Of a stretch of DNA of 64,000 nucleotides, positions 36,311 to 47,626 are shown piece after piece; position 1 is the stretch's first letter, and each line of letters opens with the position of its first letter. The stretch lies in assembly GCF_001447785.1 (NCBI RefSeq), contig NW_015174849.1:16760-80759 (forward strand), read 5' to 3'. Position numbers and translations under genes: made by a program. The stretch comes from Gekko japonicus (lineage: Eukaryota). The notes under the pieces are model-generated. The model worked only from the letters and a program-made list of their open reading frames with translations. It was not told where the DNA came from and searched no databases.

Positions 36311-36527
36311 AATTTTCTGTCTCATAGCCTGGCCTAAAGCCAGACTGAAAAGTGTCCAGAGCCAAGGGAACTGCAGTCTTGTTCCAAATGGAGCTGTTCA
36401 GGAAATCAAGCTATGCTACTTTCAATTAAGGTGTGGAATTCACAGGCTTAAGTAATATAGTACTGAAGATTTAGTACTGTAGTACCAAAGATTTTGAGCA
36501 AGTAAAGAATTTTGGTCTGTCAAAACT

Positions 36528-36774
36528 GAGAGCCAGTTTGGTGTAGTGGTTAAGAGTGGTGGACTCTAATCTGGAAAACTGGGTTTGATTCCTCACTCCT
36601 CCACATGAAGCCAGCTGAATGACCTTGGGTCAGTCACAGTTCTCCCTGAACTCTCTCAGCCCCACCCACCTTACAGGGGTCTGTTGCGCGGAGAGGAAGG
36701 GACAGAGATTGTAAGCCACTCTGAGACTCCGAGTGAAGGATGTGGTATAAATCCAACTCTTCTTCTTCTTCTTC
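36528..36774 (+). mobile_element. Squam3-type SINE, full length, (TTC)n tail
   Basis: Complete head, core and tail. Confidence 0.82.
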
Positions 36775-36775
36775 T

Positions 36776-38365
36776 ATTTCTTTATTTTCAACATAAGACA
36801 TACAGACATAAATACAGACAAATAGATGGGGGGGGGAGTTTATATCGATACATTAAAAATTAACTTTGCCTTCTTTACATTATTCTTTACTTGCCAATAA
36901 ACCGTGTCGTCACTGTAACATCTCTTTTTTACAGGTTTGTATAGCTTTATAAATATATTTCCTCAAGTTTCTAATTAATTGTATTTTTTGACATATCGTA
37001 GTTTTCAATCCAGGTATAGGAACTTGACCATGTTTTTTCAAATAGATCTGTTTCTGCTGTTTCCAGTATTTTGTTGATGATTTCGCTTCTGGGTGGTATT
37101 TCTGCCCTCTTCCAGTATTTAGCAAACAATATTCTAGCTGAGGTAATCACTTATAATATGAAATAGGTATCAGTTTTATTACATTGATCAGGCATAATAA
37201 TCAGCAAAAATAATTCTGGAGCAAAGGGTATAGAGACCTTTAAGGGTTTTTAGTACTATTTCATATATCCATGCCCAGTACCTCTTAGCTTTTTCACACT
37301 GCCACCACATATGATAGAAAGCCCCTACTTTACTTTGGCATTTCCAGCATACATTTGAACATTTTGAGTCAATTTTTGACAGGATATCAGGAGTAATGTA
37401 CCATCTGTGGAACATCTTATACATATTTTCCTTATATGGAACTGCTTTTGTAATTTTTATATTTTTTCCCAAATTTATGCCCATTGATACCAATCAATAG
37501 TATGTCCCAGATTTTGTGCCCATTTTATCATAAAACGCTTCACCATTTTGTCTTGCATTTTATTTTCTAAAAGCAGGTTATACATTTTTAAAATAAATTT
37601 CTGATCTATATACATCAAGATCTTATCTATTTCCAAGAGATTGTTGTAGAAACCCATTGATTTATCTTTACTATATCTAGACTCAATTTGAACCATTTGC
37701 CACTAGTTACATCTTTGTATTGTTTTAAGTTCTTGCCGAGTGTCTAACAGGTCTTGGTACCTTACAGCAGTTTCTTCTTGGTAAGCATTTGGGTTTGTAA
37801 AAGCTTCCAGGGGAGTCACCCATCTTGGGGTCTTAGTATAGAAACAGTTTCGGGTTTGTTCCCAGACTTTCCATAAGGAAGCTCTAATCCAGTGCTGTTT
37901 GAAATATTTGTGGATATCGGCTTTTCCACACCAAATGAATGCATGCCATCCTAGGAGCAAATCTTGGCCTTCTAATTTCAGAAGTCTAGTATTGTCCAAA
38001 GTTATCCAGCCTTTGATCCAAGCCAACGCTACTGCTCTATAGTGTAGAGACCAGTTTGACATGGCGAACCCACCTCTATTCTTAGTGTCTTGGAGTGTTT
38101 TAAATTTAATTCTTGGTTTCTTTCCTTGCCAAATAAACCAAGTTATAATTTTATCTAGTTCTTTGAAATAGCTTTGGTTTTGTATTATTGGTATAGTTTG
38201 GAATAGAAATCTCAGTTTTGGAAGTAGGTTCATTTTAATGGTAGCTATTCTCCCCATTAGAGATAGTTGAAAGTCCTTCCAATTTTCTAAATCTTTCTTG
38301 ATCTCTTTTAACAGTTCCATATAGTTATTTTCCATCAGGGAACTGCATTTGTTTGTTACTGCCAA
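36776..38365 (-). mobile_element. L1-clade LINE 3' region (ORF2 C-terminus with CCHC motif), frameshifted
   Basis: LSLMGRIATIKMNLLPK...FIWQGKKPRI...GGF; CWKCQSKVGAFYHMWWQC. Confidence 0.9.
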
Positions 38366-38369
38366 GGCA

Positions 38370-38582
38370 AGTTTCCCCTATTCTATAATTATGCATTTGA
38401 TTTTTCCTACCTAAATGCAGAACTTTACATTTATCTCATTGCAATTCATTTTATTTGTTTTAGCCCAGTTTTCCAGCCTGTCAAGATCATCCTGCATCCT
38501 GACTCTATCTTCTACTGTATTTGCTACCCCTAATAAGCATTCCATCTATTCCTTCCTCCAAATCATTATAAAGATGTTGAAT
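38370..38582 (-). mobile_element. CR1 reverse transcriptase fragment
   Basis: Minus strand resembles VRMQDDLDRLENWAKTNKMNCN..KCKVLHLGRKNQMHNYR. Confidence 0.75.
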
Positions 38583-39239
38583 CATCAGGATTATGGATTC
38601 CTCTTTTCAGGCAAGGTTCAATGAGCAAGGGGTTGCAGCCACTTATAAAGGCTCCTTATTTATTTAGAGTATTTTTGTACCCCACCTTTCTGCCAACACA
38701 GTCAGGGCTGAAACATTTTGTTTCCATTCTAAATTCCTATATTAGAGAAATATGTTAAAACAGAATTCTCTTCATCATTGCCCATTATATACTATTATTC
38801 TTTTGTTTTATCTTTGATAGTCAAATTTTGTGCCATTACTAACAAAACAGAACAAAACCAAAAAACCTCAACATCATCTCTGGTTTATTTTGCATGTTAG
38901 CAGTGGCAGTAGTGTTTTTATAAAGTTATATTTTCCCCAGTACTTCTCATACTATGTCTTTTTTCTTGTTTGAATAAATCCTTTTGGTTTTTGACATGAT
39001 CCAGCAAAGAAAATGTACAATACTTCACTTTGTGCTATCCAATAATTTCAGTTGCTATTCAGATATTTTGCTGCTGCCTTTTGAAGAATATGTTCTGTTC
39101 TCTTATATAAAGGAATTGACTGGACTCAGAAAAAACAGCTTTAACTGGAATTAGCCAAACGTATTTACCTCTTCTTTCTAAATAAAGATGCAGGGTTTGT
39201 TCTGATGTGTTTCTGCTTTCCTCCAATTCCATTCAACAG

Positions 39240-39352
39240 ATTTGGATTTGTCCCTTATTCCCAGCGGAACAGTTATTAAACAGATTGGAGAGGCACTACC
39301 TGTATCCTGTACAGTTTCTTCTAGTAGAAATGCCACTTTGTTTTGGCTAAAG
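39240..39352 (+). CDS. ALCAM: ALCAM/CD166 coding exon (start of Ig4; equivalent to human exon 9)
   Basis: Acceptor CAG ends 39239; (Y)LDLSLIPSGTVIKQIGEALPVSCTVSSSRNATLFWLK, versus recalled human YLDLSLNPSGEVTRQIGDALPVSCTISASRNATVVWMK. Starts phase 1; donor GTAAGG. Confidence 0.93.
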
Positions 39353-41032
39353 GTAAGGATTGTATAATTTTGCTGCTGTTACTTATTAATGTGTTCATGT
39401 CTCTTGTCTGGTCATCCTTCATGTTTCTTCAGACTTTAAAAGAACAATATTTTTTCAGGGAATATAATAAAAATTTTGTTAGACAGTTTTAAATCCAAAC
39501 TCTTTCCAGCAAAGCCTTGGTGTACATGCTTGCTGCCCGGCAACTGCCAGGAACAAAGAATGTACAGATGATTGGAAGAGCTGAGGAAACAGGACAAATG
39601 CCAATGTGAAGTCTCATTTTCTTTAATACCCAGTTACCAGAAGACAAAAGACGTGTGCTTCTCTTTAGCTGTGAGGAACATAAAATCAGGAGTATTTCTT
39701 TAACCTCCCTTTTAGCAGTCATTACTTTGAAGTATCATGTAAATACACTCAGCCAATGATGGCTCTTTCCTACATAACACTTGTGAATCAGGTTGAATGT
39801 AATTAATGTTGTGTAAAGACCAGTTGTATCTCTCTATAATAAAACACTGCGTAGCGGAATAAGCATAACTAATTAATGTGAACTACCTTTACTATTCTGT
39901 GAGTATGGAGACAACAATGTAAGCTTTGAATGGGAAGCTGAAGTTGTAAATAAGGATGATTAACAGTTTGAATTCTGAAGTCATCAATAGCTGCTATCTC
40001 ACAACATCCTGTCCTGTTTTTCTACAGTCATAAAATGTAAATCAATTAACCACTTAAAAAAATAACTTTTATTGTCCTACATCTGGGGAAAAATAAGTCA
40101 GTAAATATAGAGATGATTAAATAAGTATTGATCATTTTCAGCAGTACCGTTCAACATAACTGATGTAATACATAGAGTTTTAAAAATATTATCCATTTGA
40201 ATAATGATTTGTGGAGGCAATATATCTTTTAATGACACTGAAGTGATCATAGGCATATGGTATATACTGGAGTACTTGGATATAGGTCGTTTCCCCCCCA
40301 TATACTTCAGTAACTCTTAAGTGTCCCAAATCCTAAATCCATACACAGCTCCAATAGTGCATGGAGTTGCTCTGAAGGGACTTGTGTAGAAAAAGAATCC
40401 AGCTGTTCAGGTTTATACCTTGGTCCTCTCAAAGAATTATAAAAAAGATAACAATGTCCTGATCTAGACCATGCCTTGCACAGCAAGGGGTTTGATGTAA
40501 TGCAGGAGTTAATGGCAGGAGCTCTGAAGATCTTTTGAATTGCTCTTTGTTGTGCACTCAGATGGGTCATTGTCATTGTCTGGGATTGGGAGGCAGTTGT
40601 GCATTTGTATCTTCTACATTCTTTGCAAGTAGAAATGTATTTATTTATTTGGTTCAATTTCTAACCTGCCCTTCTGCAAGTGGGCTCAGGGCAGGTTACA
40701 ACATTAATATAAAACAATAAAATCAAGAGTAAAACTATAGACTTAACCCTTAAATGATGGCGATCAAACTACATCACAACTAGAAGCCAAGGGAAGCATG
40801 TATAGCTGAACATTTTTTGTACAGGAAGGTATGACACATCTATGTTTTTGTGTAGATGGACAGTTGGAATTTAATAATAAGTAGGTTGTTTATTTAAAGT
40901 AACTTTAAAAAATATAAAATGGAGGTAGCTGCAAAGCAATTGGTGTCACTGAAGTAACTTGTTATGAAACCTATAGGCTACCCTGTTTAAATTTGTGAAT
41001 GTACTTAATTTTCACTTGCTACTTTTTATCAG

Positions 41033-41168
41033 GACAATACCAGAATGCGGTCAAGTCCATCTTTTTCAAATTTACAGTATAAGGATGCAGGAAATTATAT
41101 CTGCGAAACTACCTTACAGGAAGTTGAAGGGTTGAAGAAGAGGCAAACGCTTACACTGGTAGTAGAAG
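41033..41168 (+). CDS. ALCAM: ALCAM coding exon (end of Ig4)
   Basis: DNTRMRSSPSFSNLQYKDAGNYICETTLQEVEGLKKRQTLTLVVE(G); AG/GT boundaries, 136 nt. Confidence 0.94.
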
Positions 41169-41347
41169 GTAAGGGTGAGCAGATTATCATGTGATGTCAC
41201 TGACTATCATTTCCATATTGCTTTCAAAACTTTGAAATGTCTGCTGAGAACAGCCCCACGTGTTTGACAGCATATATATTTAGTGAGAGGGTAAAGAGCT
41301 ATACATTTGACCAGGCCTCCAGGGAACTGGTATATACTTCATATAGA

Positions 41348-41465
41348 TAAAGCCGTGTTGGTCTGAAGCAATAGAACAAAGTTAGAGTCTAATGGCACCT
41401 TTAAGACCAACAAAGTTTTATTCAAGGTGTGAGCTTTCGTGTGCATGCACACTTGATCAGACAAT
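41348..41465 (-). mobile_element. Penelope-like element terminus with degenerate hammerhead
   Basis: AGCCGTGTTGGTCTG...AAGACCAAC; minus strand reads CTGATCA-AGTGTGCATGCACAC-GAAAGC. Confidence 0.6.
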
Positions 41466-41549
41466 GAAATGGAGATGGATGGGGGGGTCTAAGGATGGGA
41501 TTCTCACAAATTAGGACACATCAATCACCAGTTCTAACATAGTTATTAC

Positions 41550-41853
41550 CAGGGGTCATTTCGTAGAAAAAGAGCTAGGGGAACTCATTAGCATAACTCA
41601 TTAGCATATGCCACACCCCCTGACATCAGGGGCCCGGCGGTGGACCTGCAAGGCCAGCGGGAGTGCGAGGAAGCCCCGCCAAGGCCCTCCCTGGCCCCAG
41701 GCAGGCAGGGGTGGGGAGAGGCGGGGAGGAAGCAACTTACCCTCCCTCTTCTCCTGCCTCCTCCTGGCTGAATGAGGGCTGGAAGCGAGGCGGGCGGAAG
41801 CAGGGGGCGGGGCTTCATCATGTGCCCCGCCCCCCGTACCTCACCCGGGGGAA
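41550..41853. mobile_element. hAT MITE family B, inverted partial copy of 8548-8890
   Basis: Highly similar reverse complement of about 8590-8890 (compare ORFs 8360 and 41588). Confidence 0.85.
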
Positions 41854-42226
41854 AATAGTAAACCACCTCTGCTCATCTCTTGCATCCACCTGGATGGCCC
41901 AGGCTAGCCCAGTCTCGTCAGATCTCAGAACCTAAGCAGGGTCATCTCTGGTCAGTATTTGGATGAAAGACCACCAAGGAAGCCCAGGGTTGCCACGCAG
42001 TGCCCCACTGGACTCTAATTTTGTTCTAATACTTCATGTAGTCCTCAGTTTGATTTATCTATTGGCCCTTCTTATTTGAGTATTTAAGTAAACCCCTCTT
42101 AAATATTAGTTTTAAGTCTTTTATACTTGTTAGTTATTTTGAATCTTTCGTAGCGAGGCAATAAGTAGATCACAAATTTAGAAAATATATGTGCAACTTG
42201 TTCCTTTGATAATTTTCCCCCCTTAG

Positions 42227-42360
42227 GAAGACCTCAGATCAAAATGTCAAAGAAAACCAGCTCAGATGGAACATTTAAAACAATATCGTGTCATGTGGAA
42301 GGTTATCCCAAGCCAGCCGTACAATGGACAGCCACTGGCATTGGAACCCTTAATAATAAA
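42227..42360 (+). CDS. ALCAM: ALCAM coding exon (start of Ig5), ending at a GC donor
   Basis: (G)RPQIKMSKKTSSDGTFKTISCHVEGYPKPAVQWTATGIGTLNNK, followed by GCAAGT at 42361. Confidence 0.9.
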
Positions 42361-42845
42361 GCAAGTAAATTTCTCATTAGTTTCTGAATGATACTTTTCA
42401 ATTGCAGCTGGAAAGCAATCACCTAGAAGTGTTAGTTATAAAGATTTCTCCCCTCTGATAAAGTTGGTTATTTAATTTACTACCTTTGATGCAGCTGGGT
42501 TTTGCATTGGAGTGGTACTGGCCTTCATTTATTGTCTAAATAACTAACAGTAACCAGTAAAGGACAGAATCCAACAAGAAAATTGTGACAGAAAAATATA
42601 TTTGTCTGAAGAATATTGTTCAAAGGAATTTTACAAATTTCTTGCAAGAGACAGATAATATAAAATCTATGGTGAGCAATGGAACCTAAGCCCCAAAACT
42701 TGTAAATGTATCGTTCACACTGTGTAACCATACATGTATCCATAACCACACAGAGAAACCAGGTATATATCTAATTTAGATCACCTTCTAAATTATTTTA
42801 GAGATTTGTTGTTCTTTCAGTAACCTTGATTAATTTTGTTTCCAG

Positions 42846-42978
42846 ACAGAGGAGACTAAATATGTCAATGGCAAGTTTTCCAGTAAAATCATAATTGCTC
42901 CTGAGGAAAATGTTACTTTAACATGTACTGCAGAAAATCAGCTAGAAAGAACCATAACATCTTTGAATGTATCTGCTA
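42846..42978 (+). CDS. ALCAM: ALCAM coding exon (end of Ig5)
   Basis: TEETKYVNGKFSSKIIIAPEENVTLTCTAENQLERTITSLNVSA; donor GTAAGT at 42979. Confidence 0.93.
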
Positions 42979-44981
42979 GTAAGTATGGTTATTTTTTTAA
43001 AAAAGGAAAGTTTTAAAAAATAAGAACAAGAGAAGTGATTCTTTCTTGCTTCCATCTACTTTCACACAAAATATTCATCACTGTTTTCTCATATGTAGCT
43101 CTATGCCAGAATGTTGTTTTTCCAAGTTGCTTTATTGTATGCACACAGAAATCGGAAAGAAATGAGCAAACACTTAACAGCTCATTCCTCAGAACTGGGT
43201 TGCCATGGTAAATTCTGGCATTTATTTCTTTTTCTGGAAGATGACCAAAAATGTGAAATGAGTTTGGCTATGCTAACATACTTTAGCTGATAAGTGTCCA
43301 TGCCAAGGACTCCAGGAGTGTTTAACTGTCTCACAGTGCAATCCTAAGTAGAGTTAGAGCTGTCTAAGCCTATTGAAGGCAGCAAGCTTAAACGGGTATC
43401 ATTCTGTTTAGGATTATACTGCTAGTCTTTCATGCAAAGACTGCTGTATTCTCTTTTATCACTGTTAATTTATAGCCTTATAATTTGACAACTACCCATA
43501 TCTTCTAGGCCAAGACCAAATTAGCATTTTAATTACATTTATCTATAGATGCTTTCATGTGGGTAACTTGTCCTACAGCAATTTTGACCACATCTATCTG
43601 ACAGCCTTCTGCTGACTAGTAGCTTGCTATCATAATGTGTTTTCTCAGAAATCCTATTGGGTTTAATGGGTCTTACTTCCAAAACAGTGCATATATGATG
43701 GCAACATACCTCTGCAAAAACCAAAGTCCTTATGGCCAACCAAAATTACACAAAATGTTGTGCAAGCTTTTGAGCTCACCAAAACTCTTCATCAAGCTAA
43801 ATATTAAAAATAAAAACGTTTTTGAGAGGAGGAAAAGAGTAGCTATTTCAAGTCATGTTCTTAAGACATCCATGCCAGCATTTGGATAGATCTTGTGCTA
43901 GCTAGTTGTTCTGAATTGCTGCTAGTGTTAAATCACACTATTTGCATACTGGGAGGAAGAACTAAACAAAAGATGGTTCTCATCCTGGAAAGGTAAAGGT
44001 CCAGCAAAGTCCAAATGTGAGTCAAAAACTCAGGCAAGAAGCACAGTTCTCCTTGAAGGCTGAGAGCAGAAGGGAGCACTTGGTAGCCTTTATGTTCACA
44101 GTATTTGAAATAAGTTTAAGCTGGAGCTTAAGTTGGTAGTTAACTGAAGCCTCATTGAGTAGTTTTGCCTCTATTAGCAGTTCTGAGTGAAGAGATCTCT
44201 ACTTCCACACTGAAGCTGAACTGGATTATTTTTCTAGCTGTACATATTTGTGGTTCCTGTAGTACTTAGAAATACCAGGTTTTGTTTTTTAAAGGAAAAC
44301 TTCATAGCCCTCAACTGAGGAACAGACCCCAGAGAGATGAATGTGACGTCTGCCCTCTGAGTGATCAGCCCATACAGTTTGCACAGACACATTAGTCAGG
44401 CACAGGTTTTTTGTCTGGATATAGTAAAGATGACAATTATTGTCAAAAACACAAATAATTTGGCATGCAGCCCAAAATTCTTAAGTTCCATAGAGCCTTT
44501 CCATTGAAAAAGCAGAAATGGTTCCAAACCACACTTTTCATGAAACCCCTGCAAGTGCCTTTTCAGTGTCAGATGTCTCATATCCTGGCCACGTGTAACA
44601 GAAGATAAGGAAAGGAGCTATTTAGTTTTGTTAGCTATACTTTTGCTACCTTTTAAAAACAATTCAACTATCAGAAAATAGTTTAGGCAACAGGATAGAA
44701 GATATCCCTAATTACATTATGGGGGAAATCCATCAAACGTCTTAACAGACAACTACACACCATATGCCTGGCACAATTATAATGAGTGGCAACAGAGAGA
44801 ATTATCGTAGTTTCCCAGGTACAAATATAGTGCTTTGATTATTCAGAACATATAGTACTCCTTCAAAAGAATAAATTGGATGGAAGACATGTGGACAGAA
44901 CATAAATATACATCTTTGCACAATAAACAACTTGACTACAAAAAAATTCATCTTATTTTCAAACTTGGGTTAGGGAGCTTT

Positions 44982-45093
44982 ATTTTTAATCCTGAAGGTA
45001 GTACCATCATACTATCTACCTTCAAGCCCCCCTTCGCTGGATTTTTAATCCTGAAGGTAGTACCATCATTACCTTCAAGCCCCCCTTCGCTAG
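44982..45093. repeat. Tandem duplication, units of 59 and 53 bp
   Basis: ATTTTTAATCCTGAAGGTAGTACCATCAT...TACCTTCAAGCCCCCCTTCGCT occurs twice. Confidence 0.9.
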
Positions 45094-45578
45094 GGGTACA
45101 GTCTATCCTGTTGTGATTGCATCATGGATTACATGGACAATCACCATGAATCATGTGGTGCCCTTCTCAGCTTGTTTTATAGTCTCCAGCAGATGCACTG
45201 ATCAAGAAGTGTTTGCCTGAATTCACCCAAGGGTGCTAAAGTTTAATCAAATCTATCTACAATAATAAAGTGATGAAAAGTCAGCATACAGGCAGGGTAA
45301 CACATAAATATTTCTTCTGACTAAGCATTTATAAGATTAAACTTGTCATTTTTGGAATAAAGCTCTTTCATATGATACATTATAGATATAAAGTAAGGAT
45401 TGCTGCCTAAAGAAATAAGATTAATCATTTTGTTGTGTGGCTGATGCTGCATTAAGTATGAACACTTCTGTCCCAGCTGAAAAATAGATCTTTTTATTGT
45501 TAAATATCACAGGAGATTGAAACTTTTGAAGGTGACTTTCATATATCTATGGTTCTGGGTTTTTTTTTTCTTTTTCAG

Positions 45579-45617
45579 TAAATATTCCAGAATCTGATGA
45601 ACCAGATGAAAGAAATA
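45579..45617 (+). CDS. ALCAM: ALCAM 39-nt membrane-proximal stalk exon
   Basis: Long T tract plus CAG, then (I)NIPESDEPDERN, then GTAAGT; corresponds to recalled human ISIPEHDEADEIS. Phase 1 at both ends. Confidence 0.88.
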
Positions 45618-47255
45618 GTAAGTACCATAAAAAATAGAAGACACTGCACTGTTCAATCAAAAATGTTTTATGCATTTTTCTCACTTACCTCTGCCTTACA
45701 GTAGTATTAGAAAAATAAAGAAATAAAACTGATCCTCAGGATAGGCTGACCTACTACATATTTGAAAAACAAACTACTCTTGCAATTTATGGAACTGGTA
45801 ATCAAAGATGAAGTCACATTTATGAAAGAATGTCAGGTTCTCCCTCAAGATTATCTAGTAATTGTACTAGAACTAAATGAGTGAATACGTCAGGTCATTT
45901 ACCCCGGTAGCATATGAGTTTTATGCTGTCACCTAGGTTTGGAGTAAGGAACAGAGGTTTTCAAACATAGAAGCAATGTTACAGCAATTAGAGACCATAG
46001 CCATAAAAAATTAAAGAAATATCAGAGGTTACACGACTAGTAAGGTCCAAAGCAGGACAAATAATTGAGATACAGCAATTTGAAAAGAGAACCAGTAACA
46101 TATTTCTGAACAGCAAGATTCACCGAGTGACAGGAGCATTTAGTATACATCTAGGTGAAAACATCTAAATTGCAAACAGTGTTGGCAAATCAGAAGTGAG
46201 TGGCTTAATATTGACTGTTAAATATAAAACTCTGCTACTGAAACTCAGGGGATGGTCCCTTGTATCGTTATTCTTATTTGTAGACAGGGATAGAATGACA
46301 TATGGGCATTCTTGCCATCCAACTGAAACGTGTAACTCTATTACAGCTGTGGAACAAATGGTTTAAGGCAGTGATACGAACTCAGTGGCTTGCAAGCCAC
46401 CTATAGTTCTTCAATATGGCACTTCTGGGCACTGTTCCGCAGTGTAGTACCTGCCCTATGTTTCTGAAAAGTGGGCAAGGACATTGCCTGGTGGGACTTG
46501 TAGCTGGAAGTCACTTCCAACCTTGAAACTGCTGCTGCTGTAGGGACTGGAGGACATGTATGCAGCAGTTCTTACTCTGGGGATGGAAATAAAGAACCCA
46601 TCCTCTACAACAATTTTCTGCTCTTTTGTGTAGCCTCTGTGCTCTCATTCTAGTACCTGTGCAGCTGCCAGGAGGACAACAAGCTGGCTGCAGGGAAGAG
46701 AGGGTAAAACCTCCACCATCACCATAGTAGTGACTCAGGAAATGAGCAAGCTGGCCATAGCAGGATTCCTTCCTGTTCTCCATGATCATGTTGCTCTGCT
46801 CTGGGTGCCTTGGCAGTCTCTCTCTCTCTCTCTCTCTCCCTTGAGCTGCTATGCCTTGTGCTGGGGAGGGAAGTAAAGGGCACAAAGGCTTCTCGCAAAG
46901 AGGGACTTCTCAACACCACTGGGTAGCTTGGAGCAGACTCCTGCAGTAGGAGGCCTGAGCACCGTTTAATTCCCTCACTGTCTTCTTGTTCTCTCCCTGA
47001 CACGAGGCAGAGTATTCTTGGACATCTTGCTGCCATACAGGCTGTGAGCCTTATAACAGGGAGAGAGTGAGGGAAATAAAGGGGGTTCAAGCCTCCTGCT
47101 GCAGGAGCCTGCTCTGAGCCACCCAACAGCACTAACAGCGCCTTCCTTGGGAAAGCTCGTCACCTGACCCGAGCAGGTTAGCCCACAAACTGTGGAGTGC
47201 TCACAGCAGCCAATTTAATCATTGTCAATACCATTAGAGGTGCATGCTTTCACAA

Positions 47256-47483
47256 TTGCTCTTCTTGATCAACTTTGTAATTTAAATTTTTAAAAATGTA
47301 ATTTGAAAACTGTTTGGGGTATGATCTGTAAACAGTTTTCCATACTTTGTTTGGTCAAGTCACTCCGTTGCTCTTCTTGATCAACTTTGTAATTTAATTT
47401 TTTAAAAATGTAATTTAAAAACTGTTTGGGGTATGTATGATCCGTAAACAGTTTCCCATACTTTGTTTGGTCAAGTCACTCCA
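47256..47483. repeat. Tandem duplication, two units of about 112-116 bp
   Basis: Units start at 47256 and 47368 (TTGCTCTTCTTGATCAACTTTG...GGTCAAGTCACTCC). Confidence 0.92.
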
Positions 47484-47508
47484 TTGTTTTCTTCTTCTTT
47501 TGTTTTAG

Positions 47509-47626
47509 ATGATAATAGGGAAAATGTTAATGACCAGGCAAAACTAATAGTGGGAGTCGTGGTTGGTCTTCTTCTAACAGCTCTGGTTGCTGGTGTTGCT
47601 TACTGGCTATACATGAAGAAATCAAA
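47509..47626 (+). CDS. ALCAM: ALCAM transmembrane exon
   Basis: (N)DNRENVNDQAKLIVGVVVGLLLTALVAGVAYWLYMKKS(K); AG/GT boundaries. Confidence 0.95.
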
